Shown here: piece after piece, positions 7,718 to 18,175 of the stretch | How positions within the stretch are numbered: position 1 is the stretch's first letter | Layout of the letters: every line of letters begins with the position of its first letter | NCBI GenBank assembly: GCA_018646625.1 | Contig: JABGUJ010000002.1 | Span: 164,843-228,842, forward strand | DNA length: 64,000 nucleotides | Source of the DNA: Candidatus Woesearchaeota archaeon | GTDB taxonomy: Archaea > Nanobdellota > Nanobdellia > Woesearchaeales > JABGUJ01 | Reading direction: 5' to 3' | Position numbers and translations under genes: made by a program | Notes under the pieces: generated by a model | What the model was told of the DNA's origin: nothing | The model's input: only the letters and a program-made list of their open reading frames with translations | Database searches by the model: none

Positions 7718-8824
7718 CTATAACTCTATTTCTTTAACATCAATTTCGAAAGTTTCTTCAATCTTTTCAAAACGTTCTACATCTTCAGGGCAAATAAAAG
7801 TTAAAGAGTATCCTTTTGCGTCAATTCTGCCAGTTCTACCAATTCTGTGCACATAAAACTCAGTTCTGGTGGGAACGTCGTAGTTGAATACGTTATCTAT
7901 TCTCTCGATGTGCAACCCTCGAGCAGCAACATCAGTTGTAACAAGAACAGCGATCTTTCCTTCTTTAAATAATGCCAACCGACTTTGACGTTCGCTTTGT
8001 TCTAACATTCCGCTGAACGGTTTAGCATTAATTTTATGATTAGTCAAGAATTCGGAGATGCCTTCAGTCTTAGCTTTCGTATTACAAAAAAGAACCGTTC
8101 TCTTAGGTTTCTTGTCTGTAAATATTTTAAGAATTAAATCATTCTTCTCTAGTTTTTCGCAATAAATCTTTTCTTGCACAATGTTCTCAGGAATTTGATT
8201 TCCAACATTAAGTAGAACATGATCGCCAATTTCAAACTCGACAAAGTTAGATACTTTATCGGTAATGGTTGCAGAAGATAAAACAGTTTGTACATCCGCG
8301 CTTACTCGTTCTTTGATGTAAGCGCAATCTTTGTAGAAGCCATCATCAAACATTTGATCACTTTCATCATAAACTAGATATTTGACTTCACCAACTTTTA
8401 TGTGTTTCATGTTTATTTGTTGAATTATTCTACCAGGAGTGCAAACCATGATTTGATTCTTTCGTTGTATAGTTTTTTGATCGCCGTGAAGGTTTCTTCC
8501 ACCGTATAGCACACCAGTATTGATGTTTAATGGATCGCAGATTTTTTTAACTTCTTTACCAACTTGAATACAAAGTTCTCTTGTAGGTACCATGATTAAC
8601 AATTGTAAGGCATGCTTAGGATTTATTTTATTTAGAAAACCCAATAGATATGCTAACGTTTTTCCGCTGCCAGTTCTTGAGGTAAAAACAACATTTTCTC
8701 CTTTCATCACAAGAGGAACCACAAGATCTTGTACTTCGAAGGATTCTTTATATCTCAGATTAGATAAAACGTCCAAAATATCCTTTTTCAGCCCTAGTTT
8801 CTTGAATTGACCCACTCTTAACAA
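7718..8824 (-). CDS. DEAD-box RNA helicase (minimal core)
   Basis: Q motif, TGSGKT, PTREL, TPGR, DESD, SAT, TDVAARG, HRIGRTGR. Confidence 0.92.
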   Translation of the reverse strand: MLRVGQFKKLGLKKDILDVLSNLRYKESFEVQDLVVPLVMKGENVVFTSRTGSGKTLAYLLGFLNKINPKHALQLLIMVPTRELCIQVGKEVKKICDPLNINTGVLYGGRNLHGDQKTIQRKNQIMVCTPGRIIQQINMKHIKVGEVKYLVYDESDQMFDDGFYKDCAYIKERVSADVQTVLSSATITDKVSNFVEFEIGDHVLLNVGNQIPENIVQEKIYCEKLEKNDLILKIFTDKKPKRTVLFCNTKAKTEGISEFLTNHKINAKPFSGMLEQSERQSRLALFKEGKIAVLVTTDVAARGLHIERIDNVFNYDVPTRTEFYVHRIGRTGRIDAKGYSLTFICPEDVERFEKIEETFEIDVKEIEL

Positions 8825-8898
8825 CCTAAAATATCTATATATTATAAAGTTAATGTGAACGAAAACATTATAAATTGGCGCTTTTTAGAAAATGCGAC

Positions 8899-10209
8899 AT
8901 GGGACATATTACATCAAAAAGCCATCTAGATCTACAAAAAAGACTTGAGAAATCACCACAAGGTGCACCAGCATCTGATTCCTTGTTCAAGATTCTAGAA
9001 ATTCTATTTACAGAAGATGAAGCATTATTAGTTTCCAAACTACCAATTAAATTCTTTAGCATAGCTCAGGCTGCAAAGATTTGGAAAAAGAGTGAAAAAG
9101 AAGCTCACAAAATATTAGATGAGTTGGCAGATAAAGGTTTGCTGTTAGATTTACAAAAAGGAAAACGTAAAGATTACATTCTTGCACCAACGATGGCAGG
9201 ATTTTTCGAGTTTTCTTTAATGAGAACTGATGGTAAGTTTGATAGAAAAGTTTTGTCAGAGTTGTATTATCAGTACATTAATGTTGAAGATGGTTTTGTG
9301 AAAGAAGTATTGGGACTAAAACCTGAGATTGCAAGAACTTTAGTTCATGAAGATCAAGTTAAAGAGTATAAATCAATAATTCTAGATTATGAGCGAGCCA
9401 GCAAAGTGATAGATACTGCTACTTGCATCACAGTTGGTACTTGTTATTGTCGGCATAAAATGGAACATATGAATAAAGCATGTTCACAGCCACAAGATGT
9501 TTGTTTAACGTTTAATAATGCAGCAAAGAGTTTGTCTAAGCACGGAATCGCTAAAAAGATTTCTAAAGCAGAGGCGCATAAGATTTTGGATCGATGTATT
9601 AAACTGGGTTTAGTGCAGATAGGCGATAATGTTCAAGAAGGAGTTAGTTGGATTTGTAATTGTTGCGGTTGTTGTTGTGAAGCAATTCTGGCGTATAAAC
9701 ATCTTGGTCGTAAAATGAATTTAACTAGTAATTTCTACGCATCATGTTCTGAACCAGATTGTACAGGATGTGGAGTTTGTATTAAGAAGTGTCCTGTTGA
9801 TGCAATTAAGAAGAAAGGTAAAGTTGTTGATGTAGATGATGAACAATGCATCGGATGCGGAGTTTGTGCGAGATTTTGTCCAACTAAAGCACTATCTATG
9901 GACCGTCGTTCTGAGACTGGTTTTGTTCCTAAAGATGCTTTTGAAAGATTCGTTGTTGGTGCAATTAATGAAGGCAAATTGCAGAATTTGATATTTGATA
10001 ATTATTCTTTGTGGACTCATACTATGTTGAGGCAGTTGCTAGGTGTGTTGTTCAAACTACCTCCTGCGAAGTGGATTTTAATGAATCAGCAATTGCGTTC
10101 TCGTTTTCTAGATAATGCAATCAAAGCATATTCAAAGATTAATAAAGATCTTAAGCCAATGTTGGATGAGGGTAAACTAGATTATACTCATCCTGAGTTG
10201 AAGAAATAG
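8899..10209 (+). CDS. 4Fe-4S dicluster (ferredoxin) domain protein with N-terminal winged helix, anaerobic-bacterial type
   Basis: CYCRH, ICNCCGCCC, CTGCGVCIKKCP and CIGCGVCARFCP; ATG 8899. Confidence 0.85.
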   Translation: MGHITSKSHLDLQKRLEKSPQGAPASDSLFKILEILFTEDEALLVSKLPIKFFSIAQAAKIWKKSEKEAHKILDELADKGLLLDLQKGKRKDYILAPTMAGFFEFSLMRTDGKFDRKVLSELYYQYINVEDGFVKEVLGLKPEIARTLVHEDQVKEYKSIILDYERASKVIDTATCITVGTCYCRHKMEHMNKACSQPQDVCLTFNNAAKSLSKHGIAKKISKAEAHKILDRCIKLGLVQIGDNVQEGVSWICNCCGCCCEAILAYKHLGRKMNLTSNFYASCSEPDCTGCGVCIKKCPVDAIKKKGKVVDVDDEQCIGCGVCARFCPTKALSMDRRSETGFVPKDAFERFVVGAINEGKLQNLIFDNYSLWTHTMLRQLLGVLFKLPPAKWILMNQQLRSRFLDNAIKAYSKINKDLKPMLDEGKLDYTHPELKK

Positions 10210-10266
10210 ATCCACCCTTTAGGTAAGGTTTATATACAGTAGTAGACATGTTCGTTCTAAGGGAGG

Positions 10267-13005
10267 TTGTTTGATAAAATGTTTGGTAAAAAGAATCCAC
10301 TTACTTCTTTAATAATATTTATTGTATTTATATTGTTTTTTTCGCTATCTAGCGTTGTTTATATGGTGACAGACTATTATTGGTTTGGCGCACTAGGGTT
10401 TGAAAGTATTTTCTTAATAGGCCTAAAGGCCAAAATAATGTTATTTACATTATCCGCATTAGCCTTCTTTGGATTCTTGATGGTTAATTTGTGGGTATCC
10501 TCCATAAAAGGCAAGGCAAAGATTGTTAGTTTTAAATTAAAATTTCTTCTTGCACTTGTTATCTCTGTTGTTGTTGGCACTTCAACATCCCAGAAATGGT
10601 TTATACTTTTGAAATATTTAGAACAAGTTCCTTTTGGATTAAGTGATCCAATATTTATCAAAGATGTTGCATTCTATGTTTTTTCATTGCCATTCCTCTT
10701 ATTATTGTGGAAGTTTGCAATGAGTTGTGTTGTTGTAACAATAATTCTTGTCGCACTAGATTATCTACAATCAAAGCTTTCGGGTTTGTTTAAACCTCCA
10801 AAAGTTGTAAATCCAGAAGCTAAACCGCAGTTTAAGTTCGATAGCTTGATAAGCAGTTTTAAGAATAATGGAATGGGACATCTAGGTGTACTAGTGGCAT
10901 TGTTTTTTGTCTTATTATCTGTTCGACATTACCTTTCTAAATTCACTATAATGTATTCAGAAATGGGTATTGTTGTTGGTGCAGGATATACTGATGTAGC
11001 TGTGATCTTACCCGCATTTAAGATTCTAATGGTTGTTGCATTAATAGTTGCGGCTGTTATGTATTTGTGGTTTGCATTCTTTTCAGGGCAAGCAAAATTA
11101 AGAAAAAGGCATATTGTGTCTTATGCAATTGCGGTATATGTTATATTCTATGTTGTTGGAATGATGGTTGTTCCTGGTGTAGTGCAAAGTATGAAAGTTG
11201 CACCTAACGAGATTAATCTTGAAAAACCATACATAGAGAAAAACATCGAGTTCACAAAGATTGCTTATGGACTTGATAATGTCGAAGAACAAGAATTTGA
11301 TGTTGAAGCAGAGCTGAGTGCCCAAGTATTAGATAATGCATCTGAGACAATAGATAATGTAAGAATACTTGATTGGAGACCTCTTACTAAAACATACAAG
11401 CAGACTCAAGAGATTAGATTGTACTATGATCTAGAGGGAATAGACATTGATAGATACTATATTGATGGCAAGTATACTCAAGTCATGGTGGCCCCTAGAG
11501 AGCTAGATCAAAGGCAAATAGCCGCTAATGCCCAGACATGGGTTAATCTGCATATGGTATATACTCACGGATTTGGAGCTGTAATGAGCCCAGTTAACTC
11601 AGTGACTAGAGAAGGATTACCTAACTATTACATACAAGATATACCTCCTGTGCAGAATGTTGGCGGAGAAGATCTTAGAATAGATCAACCAAGAGTATAC
11701 TATGGCGAGAGAGATAATGATTATGTTCTAGTAAACTCTAAAACCGAAGAGTTTGATTATCCTAAAGGTAACACTAACGAGTACATCAGCTATGATGGCA
11801 AAGGTGGTGTTAAACTAGATACGTTTTGGAAGAAGGTTTTGATGGCAATCAGATTTAGAGATCTTAAGATATTGTTGTCTTCAGACATGACTCCTGAAAG
11901 TAGAATTATGTTTAGCAGAAATATCCAAGAAAGAATTAGCAGAATAACTCCTTTCTTGTTATTGGACATGGATCCTTATTTAGTTATTAGCGATGGGAGA
12001 ATGAAGTGGATACAAGATGCTTATACAGTTACAAGCTATTTCCCATACTCTCAGAAATACATGGGATCAATTAACTATTTACGTAATTCAGTAAAAGTTG
12101 TGATGGATGCATATGATGGAGATGTTACATATTATATCATGGATGTAAATGATCCGTTGATTGAGACATACTCTAAGATATATCCTAATCAGTTTAAGCC
12201 GTTTGCAGAAATGCCTTCGAACTTAAAATCACACACAAGATATCCTGAAGATTTGTTTAAAGTACAATCTTCAATATATAACACATATCACATGAGTGAT
12301 GCAACTGTGTTCTATAACAAAGAAGATGCTTGGCAAGTTCCTTCGGAGATTTACGGTACAAGTCAACAAGTTGATGTTGAACCTTATTATGTTATCATGA
12401 AACTTCCAGGTGAAGAAGAAGAGTTCGTTCTAATGAGCCCTTTCACACCAATAAAGAAGGATAACATGGTTGCGTGGATGGCGGCAAGATCTGATGGAGA
12501 TCATTATGGTAAGTTGTTGCTGTATAAATTCCAGAAAGATAAACTGATTTATGGTCCAATGCAGATTGAAGCTAAGTTTGATCAAGATTCAGAGATTTCT
12601 CAACAAATAACTTTGTGGTCTCAGCAAGGATCAAAAGTCACTAGAGGAAATTTGTTGGTAATACCAATTGAAAATAGCATACTCTATGTAGAACCATTGT
12701 ATATTCAATCAGAAAAGGGAGAACTTCCTCAGCTGAAGAGAATACTGGCATCTGACGGGGAAAGAGTGGTGATGGAAGAAAGTTTAGTTGAAGCATTAGA
12801 AGCATTGTTTGGTAAAAGCCAAAAGAAAACTGTTCAGGTTTCGGAAGATAATGAAACTAGCATAGTTGTTTCTGATGATTTAATTGAGCGCGCTAATCAG
12901 TATTACGAAGATGTTTTATCTTCTATGGAAGAACAAGACTGGGTAGCTATCGGAGATAACTTTGAAAAATTAGGTGACACATTAGAGGCTCTTAAATTTG
13001 AATAG
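10267..13005 (+). CDS. UPF0182 family membrane protein
   Basis: DYYWF, DPIF..DVAFYVFSLP, GAGYTD, PNE...EKPYI, HMVYTHG, QPRVYYGE, NYLRNSVK, RGNLLVIP, YVEPLY. Confidence 0.93.
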   Translation: MFDKMFGKKNPLTSLIIFIVFILFFSLSSVVYMVTDYYWFGALGFESIFLIGLKAKIMLFTLSALAFFGFLMVNLWVSSIKGKAKIVSFKLKFLLALVISVVVGTSTSQKWFILLKYLEQVPFGLSDPIFIKDVAFYVFSLPFLLLLWKFAMSCVVVTIILVALDYLQSKLSGLFKPPKVVNPEAKPQFKFDSLISSFKNNGMGHLGVLVALFFVLLSVRHYLSKFTIMYSEMGIVVGAGYTDVAVILPAFKILMVVALIVAAVMYLWFAFFSGQAKLRKRHIVSYAIAVYVIFYVVGMMVVPGVVQSMKVAPNEINLEKPYIEKNIEFTKIAYGLDNVEEQEFDVEAELSAQVLDNASETIDNVRILDWRPLTKTYKQTQEIRLYYDLEGIDIDRYYIDGKYTQVMVAPRELDQRQIAANAQTWVNLHMVYTHGFGAVMSPVNSVTREGLPNYYIQDIPPVQNVGGEDLRIDQPRVYYGERDNDYVLVNSKTEEFDYPKGNTNEYISYDGKGGVKLDTFWKKVLMAIRFRDLKILLSSDMTPESRIMFSRNIQERISRITPFLLLDMDPYLVISDGRMKWIQDAYTVTSYFPYSQKYMGSINYLRNSVKVVMDAYDGDVTYYIMDVNDPLIETYSKIYPNQFKPFAEMPSNLKSHTRYPEDLFKVQSSIYNTYHMSDATVFYNKEDAWQVPSEIYGTSQQVDVEPYYVIMKLPGEEEEFVLMSPFTPIKKDNMVAWMAARSDGDHYGKLLLYKFQKDKLIYGPMQIEAKFDQDSEISQQITLWSQQGSKVTRGNLLVIPIENSILYVEPLYIQSEKGELPQLKRILASDGERVVMEESLVEALEALFGKSQKKTVQVSEDNETSIVVSDDLIERANQYYEDVLSSMEEQDWVAIGDNFEKLGDTLEALKFE

Positions 13006-13227
13006 TTAACAAGAGTCTCTTAATCTATTTTTCACATAGAATAGTCGTACTCTTTTTTCAGGAGATGGATCTGTGAAATCTGGAAATCTATCGGAATGAA
13101 CGTATGCAATTAACTCTTCTGCACGCTGTTTGTTACCATTGCGAGCATACCTTCTAACATCAGCACACATAGCTCTAAAATCTTTGCTAATAGGTTCATA
13201 TATTTCTAAGAATGTTTCCAACTCCAT
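13006..13227 (-). CDS. Small hypothetical protein
   Basis: 73-aa ATG ORF filling the gap downstream of the EEP gene. Confidence 0.5.
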   Translation of the reverse strand: MELETFLEIYEPISKDFRAMCADVRRYARNGNKQRAEELIAYVHSDRFPDFTDPSPEKRVRLFYVKNRLRDSC

Positions 13228-13265
13228 TTTCCCAATATCATGCCAAAAATAATCATATATAAGAG

Positions 13266-14000
13266 TTATGCAACTTCTATAGTTGATATTAGAATGAAAT
13301 GATCAGCTTTACCTTCAATTACTTTTGTTTCACTTGCGTTCATATCTTTTGATGTGAATATATGATCTACATGTTCGCCAGAAGGACATGTTGCTTGCGT
13401 ATTCTTAATTTCTATTAACGATGAAGATAATAATTTAGGCAGTATTATTCCTGAATTTTCTGAATTCATATCTACGCCAATAATACACGGATCATCTAAT
13501 GTAGATAATATTAAATCTATTTCTTCTCTTGCGTATGACAATTCATCATCTTCTATGTGTTTATCGAATATATAATATGGAAAAAGATGTCCTGAAGCTA
13601 AATTTATTGATTTGTCGTCTAGTTCCAGTTGACAAAAAATGAATCCTTTGTCATGGGAGAGATATCCTTTGTCTTTATTTTCTAGTTTTGGATTTGTAAG
13701 CTTAATCAGTCTTGAATTTGATAACTTTTGTTTTGCGATTATACTTAAATGAAACTTTTTGTTTTTTTCTAAGTGAGATGGAGATATTGTTTGCGTAATA
13801 CAGTTGTAGTTGAGCGAAATTGCAATCTCTTCAGCTTGAGAATGTATATCATCTCCGTGAACTTCTTGCAGAAATACAATGTCACAGTCTTGCTCTTTGA
13901 TCATATTAGTAAAGTAATTCAGATTTTCTTCGTCGAACTTACCAGAGGCGGACTTAATCAATCCGCCTCCAATATTCCAAGTTGCGACTTTTAGTTTCAT
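13266..14000 (-). CDS. Endonuclease/exonuclease/phosphatase (EEP) family protein
   Basis: TWNI, DIVFLQEV, GHL, GVDMN, VDHIF, ADH. Confidence 0.88.
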   Translation of the reverse strand: MKLKVATWNIGGGLIKSASGKFDEENLNYFTNMIKEQDCDIVFLQEVHGDDIHSQAEEIAISLNYNCITQTISPSHLEKNKKFHLSIIAKQKLSNSRLIKLTNPKLENKDKGYLSHDKGFIFCQLELDDKSINLASGHLFPYYIFDKHIEDDELSYAREEIDLILSTLDDPCIIGVDMNSENSGIILPKLLSSSLIEIKNTQATCPSGEHVDHIFTSKDMNASETKVIEGKADHFILISTIEVA

Positions 14001-14290
14001 TCAACTAAACCTAGAAGTTGTTTCTTCTTTAATCTTAGTTCAGCAATCTTATTTCTGCAGAGTTCTTTTTCTTTTCTGCTTTCTTCAATCTGCGCATACA
14101 AGTCTTTGTTACGTTGTATTGCTTCTTTGTACTTTTCGTTTGCTTCTCTAAGTTCTGTTTTAACTTCATCTACTGCGTTTTGATCAATTGATCTTACAGG
14201 ATGGAGTTTTCTATGTTCTTCTATTTTACCAGGATCGAGTTTTCTCTCTTTCACTAGTTGTTTTTCTTCTTCTGTCAATACTATTCCCAT
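13997..14290 (-). CDS. Small coiled-coil hypothetical protein
   Basis: Charged heptad pattern; ATGA overlap with the EEP gene; SD upstream. Confidence 0.65.
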   Translation of the reverse strand: MGIVLTEEEKQLVKERKLDPGKIEEHRKLHPVRSIDQNAVDEVKTELREANEKYKEAIQRNKDLYAQIEESRKEKELCRNKIAELRLKKKQLLGLVE

Positions 14291-14308
14291 AAAAACACCT
14301 CATAAGAA

Positions 14309-15490
14309 TTATTCGCGAAGAACGATTTTGTTAACTACTTTCTCAATCCAAGAACCTTTCCTTAACTTTCGGACTAAACCTGGAAGAGTTTGTAGAACAT
14401 AGTCAATTTCTTCTTGAGTATTAAATCTACTAAGTGATAATCTGATACTTGATGCGGCATCTTGATTGCTTAAACCAAGTGCTTTCAAAACATGACTTCC
14501 TTTTTCTTGTCCTGCAGAACAAGCTGAACCTGCAGACGATGCAATGGACTTTACATTGAGATAGTTCCCTAAAACACCTGCGTTCACTCCTTTGAACAAG
14601 AAGTTAGCGTTGTTGCATAGTCTTTGATTCCCTTCAGGACCATTAAGCTTTACACCGGGTATTGTAAGTACTCCTTTGATTAACTTATCTCTCAGTGATT
14701 TTATGTGTTTAACGTGTTTTTTGTTTGCAACTCTTACGGCTTCAGCAAACCCTACGATACCGGAGATGTTCTCAGTTCCAGATCTTTCGTTAAACTCGTG
14801 CCCACCGCCATGCATTAATGGAGTAATCCGGGTTCCTGATTTAATGTACAAAGCACCAACTCCTTTGGGACCATGGATCTTGTGAGAGTTCAAAGTTACT
14901 AAATCAAGTTTCATCTTCTTTACGTCGATATCAACTTTAGTATAACTTTGACAAGCGTCTGTATGAAAATAAACTTTGTGTTTCTTGCAGATCTTTCCTA
15001 TTGCTTCTAAATCTTGAATAGTTCCGGTTTCATTATTTCCATGAATAACACTAACAAGTAATGTTCTTTTAGTGATTGCTTTTTCTAATTCTTTTAAGTT
15101 GACGAACCCTTCTTTGTCAACACCAAGGTAAGTTACTTTAAAGCCTTGAGTTTCTAACCATTTTGCACTTTCTAGAATACAGGGATGTTCTATCTTGGTT
15201 GTAATGATGTGATTGCCTTTGCTTTTGTTTGCCCAAGCAATTCCTTTCAAAGTAAAGTTGTTTGATTCAGTTCCGCCAGAAGTAAAAACGACCTCATCAG
15301 TTTTTGCACCAATTGATTTTGCAATTGTGCTTCTAGATTTTTCTAGTGCCTCTTTTGCTTGTTGACCAAATCGGTGTAAGGAGGATGCATTACCATAGAC
15401 TTTACCAAAGTAAGGCCCCATAACCTTTAGAACTTTAGGATCAACAATGGTTGAAGCGCCGCTGTCTAAATATACTTCTTTTAATCTCAT
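14309..15490 (-). CDS. iscS: Cysteine desulfurase (IscS/NifS group I)
   Basis: YLDSGAST, FTSGGTESNN, IEHPC, HTDACQ, SHKIHGPKG, RSGTEN, SAGSAC. Confidence 0.9.
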   Translation of the reverse strand: MRLKEVYLDSGASTIVDPKVLKVMGPYFGKVYGNASSLHRFGQQAKEALEKSRSTIAKSIGAKTDEVVFTSGGTESNNFTLKGIAWANKSKGNHIITTKIEHPCILESAKWLETQGFKVTYLGVDKEGFVNLKELEKAITKRTLLVSVIHGNNETGTIQDLEAIGKICKKHKVYFHTDACQSYTKVDIDVKKMKLDLVTLNSHKIHGPKGVGALYIKSGTRITPLMHGGGHEFNERSGTENISGIVGFAEAVRVANKKHVKHIKSLRDKLIKGVLTIPGVKLNGPEGNQRLCNNANFLFKGVNAGVLGNYLNVKSIASSAGSACSAGQEKGSHVLKALGLSNQDAASSIRLSLSRFNTQEEIDYVLQTLPGLVRKLRKGSWIEKVVNKIVLRE

Positions 15491-15637
15491 GCGAAGTAGG
15501 CTATGATTGTTATTTATAAGGTTTTCTAAGGATATAGCGCTTGAGAGTTAATAATACAGGCAGAATACTATCGTCACCACGCAGTGGTGTTTTTCGAAAG
15601 ATTTATAAAGGAATAATTGCATAGAATTAGCAAGAAA

Positions 15638-16354
15638 ATGGCTAACTGGGAAAGAACTATATGGTCTGATAAAAGATTAGAAAACAGAGTAGATGAACGT
15701 GGAAAGTTTGCCAGTCAACATCATCTTGGTGGAAGAGATCGCCCTATAGATGGCAGTGCAGGAGCAGGTGCATGGCAAAGAGAAATTATAACCGTAGATT
15801 ATAGAAATAGTCTAGTTCTTCAAGATTTATATGACAAAGTTAGTAGAAAAGCAGCAGCTTCTGGAAAGATAACAGAGAAGTCTGCAATCGATGCGGTTTA
15901 TGATATTGTTAAAGCAGTTTACACTAATAAAAGTTCTAAAGCGGTTGACGCACTCTTGAAAAGACACGATGTTGGTCCTGATGAACCAATAAGTTTAGAT
16001 GAATTTGTCAAAGAAGGAACTGGCGTTTGTAGGCATATGGCTATGACTGTTGGTGTGATTCTTGAAAAGTATGTAAGACAAGGATATCTACGAGGAGAAG
16101 TTAGTGTTGATAGGAATACAGATGTTCGTGGAGGACATGCTTGGGTAAGATATACTCATGAAGATGGCAGAGTAACAATTATTGATGTTATGCAAAACTT
16201 CAAAGGCAGTTTAGCTAAAGCAATGAGAAAAGATAATGCATGGTCTTATGCGCGCCCTAAAGAACATGTGAAAGGGGAGAAAACTCAAACTATTGATTTT
16301 ACAAGTGGTCTAAGAAAAGATTGTGGCCAGTATCCAGTTTATACTCCAAATTAG
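15638..16354 (+). CDS. Transglutaminase/papain-fold protein with Cys-His-Asp triad
   Basis: GVCRHMA, GGHAWVRY, IIDVM. Confidence 0.7.
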   Translation: MANWERTIWSDKRLENRVDERGKFASQHHLGGRDRPIDGSAGAGAWQREIITVDYRNSLVLQDLYDKVSRKAAASGKITEKSAIDAVYDIVKAVYTNKSSKAVDALLKRHDVGPDEPISLDEFVKEGTGVCRHMAMTVGVILEKYVRQGYLRGEVSVDRNTDVRGGHAWVRYTHEDGRVTIIDVMQNFKGSLAKAMRKDNAWSYARPKEHVKGEKTQTIDFTSGLRKDCGQYPVYTPN

Positions 16355-16356
16355 AA

Positions 16357-16539
16357 TTAATCCATAGCTTCAATTACTTCTTTCTGTTTCTTTTTTTCAA
16401 GTTCTTCGAATTCATCTATGTCGATTATTCCATTTTTTATTAGAAGATGTTTAAGAGTTTCAAGCGTAACTGCATTTTCTATCAGCATCGAACTCAGAAG
16501 TTTGTGGTTCTTTTCAAGATGTTCAATATCTTCAGACAT
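16357..16539 (-). CDS. Small hypothetical protein
   Basis: 60-aa ATG ORF with LKHLLIKNGIIDIDEF helical motif. Confidence 0.6.
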   Translation of the reverse strand: MSEDIEHLEKNHKLLSSMLIENAVTLETLKHLLIKNGIIDIDEFEELEKKKQKEVIEAMD

Positions 16540-16626
16540 GGGTTTCCCTGTTTAGTTGAAGTATATAAAATTAATCTAACAAGATTCACCGCAATCTTTA
16601 TAAAATAGGCTTTATAAGCTCCCTAC

Positions 16627-18075
16627 ATGGCTGAGAAAGAAAAACAAATCGGAATAACTTCTAAAAAAGATGATGATTTTAGTGAGTGGTATACTCAAGT
16701 AATCACTAAAGCAGATTTAATTGATTATAGTGACGTTTCTGGTTGCTACGTTCTCAAACCGGGTGCGTACATATTATGGGAGCGCATCCAATCATTCTTA
16801 GATTCTAAGTTTAAAGAGAAAGGAGTAAAGAATGCATATTTTCCTTTACTGATTCCCGAGAATTATCTTAATAGAGAAGCAGACCATGTTGAGGGTTTCT
16901 CTCCAGAAGTTGCATGGGTAACTGAGACAGGTAATTCAAAGTTACCAGAGAGATTAGCCATAAGACCAACTTCTGAAACTATCATGTATAATCATTATGC
17001 TAAATGGATCAGATCATGGAAAGATCTTCCATTAAAAATAAATCAATGGTGTAACATTGTAAGATGGGAATTTAACAACCCAGTTCCGTTTTTAAGATCG
17101 AGAGAGTTTTTGTGGCAAGAAGGTCATAACGTTTTAGCCACTCAGAAAGAAATGGATGAAGATGTTAAAGAAATGTTAGATGTTTATGCACAATGTTTTG
17201 AAGAGCTATTGGCAATTCCAGTAATAAAAGGAATGAAATCTGACAAGGAAAAGTTTGCAGGTGCAGATTATACTACATCTATTGAAACATTTATGCCAGC
17301 AGGTAAGGCCATACAGTGTGCAACATCTCACGCACTGGGGCAGAGTTTTGCAAAGGCATTCGAAATCTCGTTTACTGATCAAAATGAAAAGGTTCAAACT
17401 CCTTGGCAAGATTCATGGGGTTTCACGACGAGAAGTATAGGTATCTTGATTATGTATCACAGCGATGATAAAGGGTTAGTTATACCTCCTAAGTTGGCCG
17501 AGAACAAAGCAGTTGTTGTACCAATTATATTTGGAGATACAAAAGACAAAGTTAATTCTGAAGCTAAGAAGTTAGCAGATGAGTTGAAAGAGTTTAATGT
17601 AATACTTGATGACAGAGAAGATAAAACTGCAGGTTGGAAATTCAATGAATGGGAAATGAAAGGAATTCCTGTTAGAATAGAGATTGGTCCAAAAGACATT
17701 GAGAAAAATCAAGTTGTTCTGGTAAGAAGAGATACTTCTGAAAAGTTATTTGTAAAGAGAGAAGAACTTAATGATAAACTATCAGAATTGTTAGAAACAA
17801 TGCAGAGTGATTTGTTGGAGAATGCACGTAAGTTCATGGGTAGCAGCACAGTTGAAGCCAATTCATGGGAAGAAGTAGAGCAAGCCATTAAAGATAAGAA
17901 AATGATTAAGATGCAATGGTGTTGTGAAAGTGAATGTGAAGACCTGATGAAAGATGAAACTGGCGGTGCGAAAACTCTGAACATGCCTTTTGGTGAAAAA
18001 GTAAAAGAAGGAGCCAAATGTACGCATTGTGGAAAAGATGCTAAAGCAGTGGTTTATCTGGCTAAATCATATTAA
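16627..18075 (+). CDS. proS: Proline--tRNA ligase, archaeal/eukaryotic type
   Basis: DFSEWY, RPTSET, NQWCNIVRWE, FLRSREFLWQEGH, EKFAGA, WEMKGIP, C-terminal Zn motif ending AKSY. Confidence 0.97.
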   Translation: MAEKEKQIGITSKKDDDFSEWYTQVITKADLIDYSDVSGCYVLKPGAYILWERIQSFLDSKFKEKGVKNAYFPLLIPENYLNREADHVEGFSPEVAWVTETGNSKLPERLAIRPTSETIMYNHYAKWIRSWKDLPLKINQWCNIVRWEFNNPVPFLRSREFLWQEGHNVLATQKEMDEDVKEMLDVYAQCFEELLAIPVIKGMKSDKEKFAGADYTTSIETFMPAGKAIQCATSHALGQSFAKAFEISFTDQNEKVQTPWQDSWGFTTRSIGILIMYHSDDKGLVIPPKLAENKAVVVPIIFGDTKDKVNSEAKKLADELKEFNVILDDREDKTAGWKFNEWEMKGIPVRIEIGPKDIEKNQVVLVRRDTSEKLFVKREELNDKLSELLETMQSDLLENARKFMGSSTVEANSWEEVEQAIKDKKMIKMQWCCESECEDLMKDETGGAKTLNMPFGEKVKEGAKCTHCGKDAKAVVYLAKSY

Positions 18076-18175
18076 TTCTTTTTATTGATTATATTTAAAA
18101 AGCAGAATAGTTGTAACTATTGTCCGATAACAAAATATTTATATAGTGTTTTAAGCTTTTAATCGCTGTTAGGGG

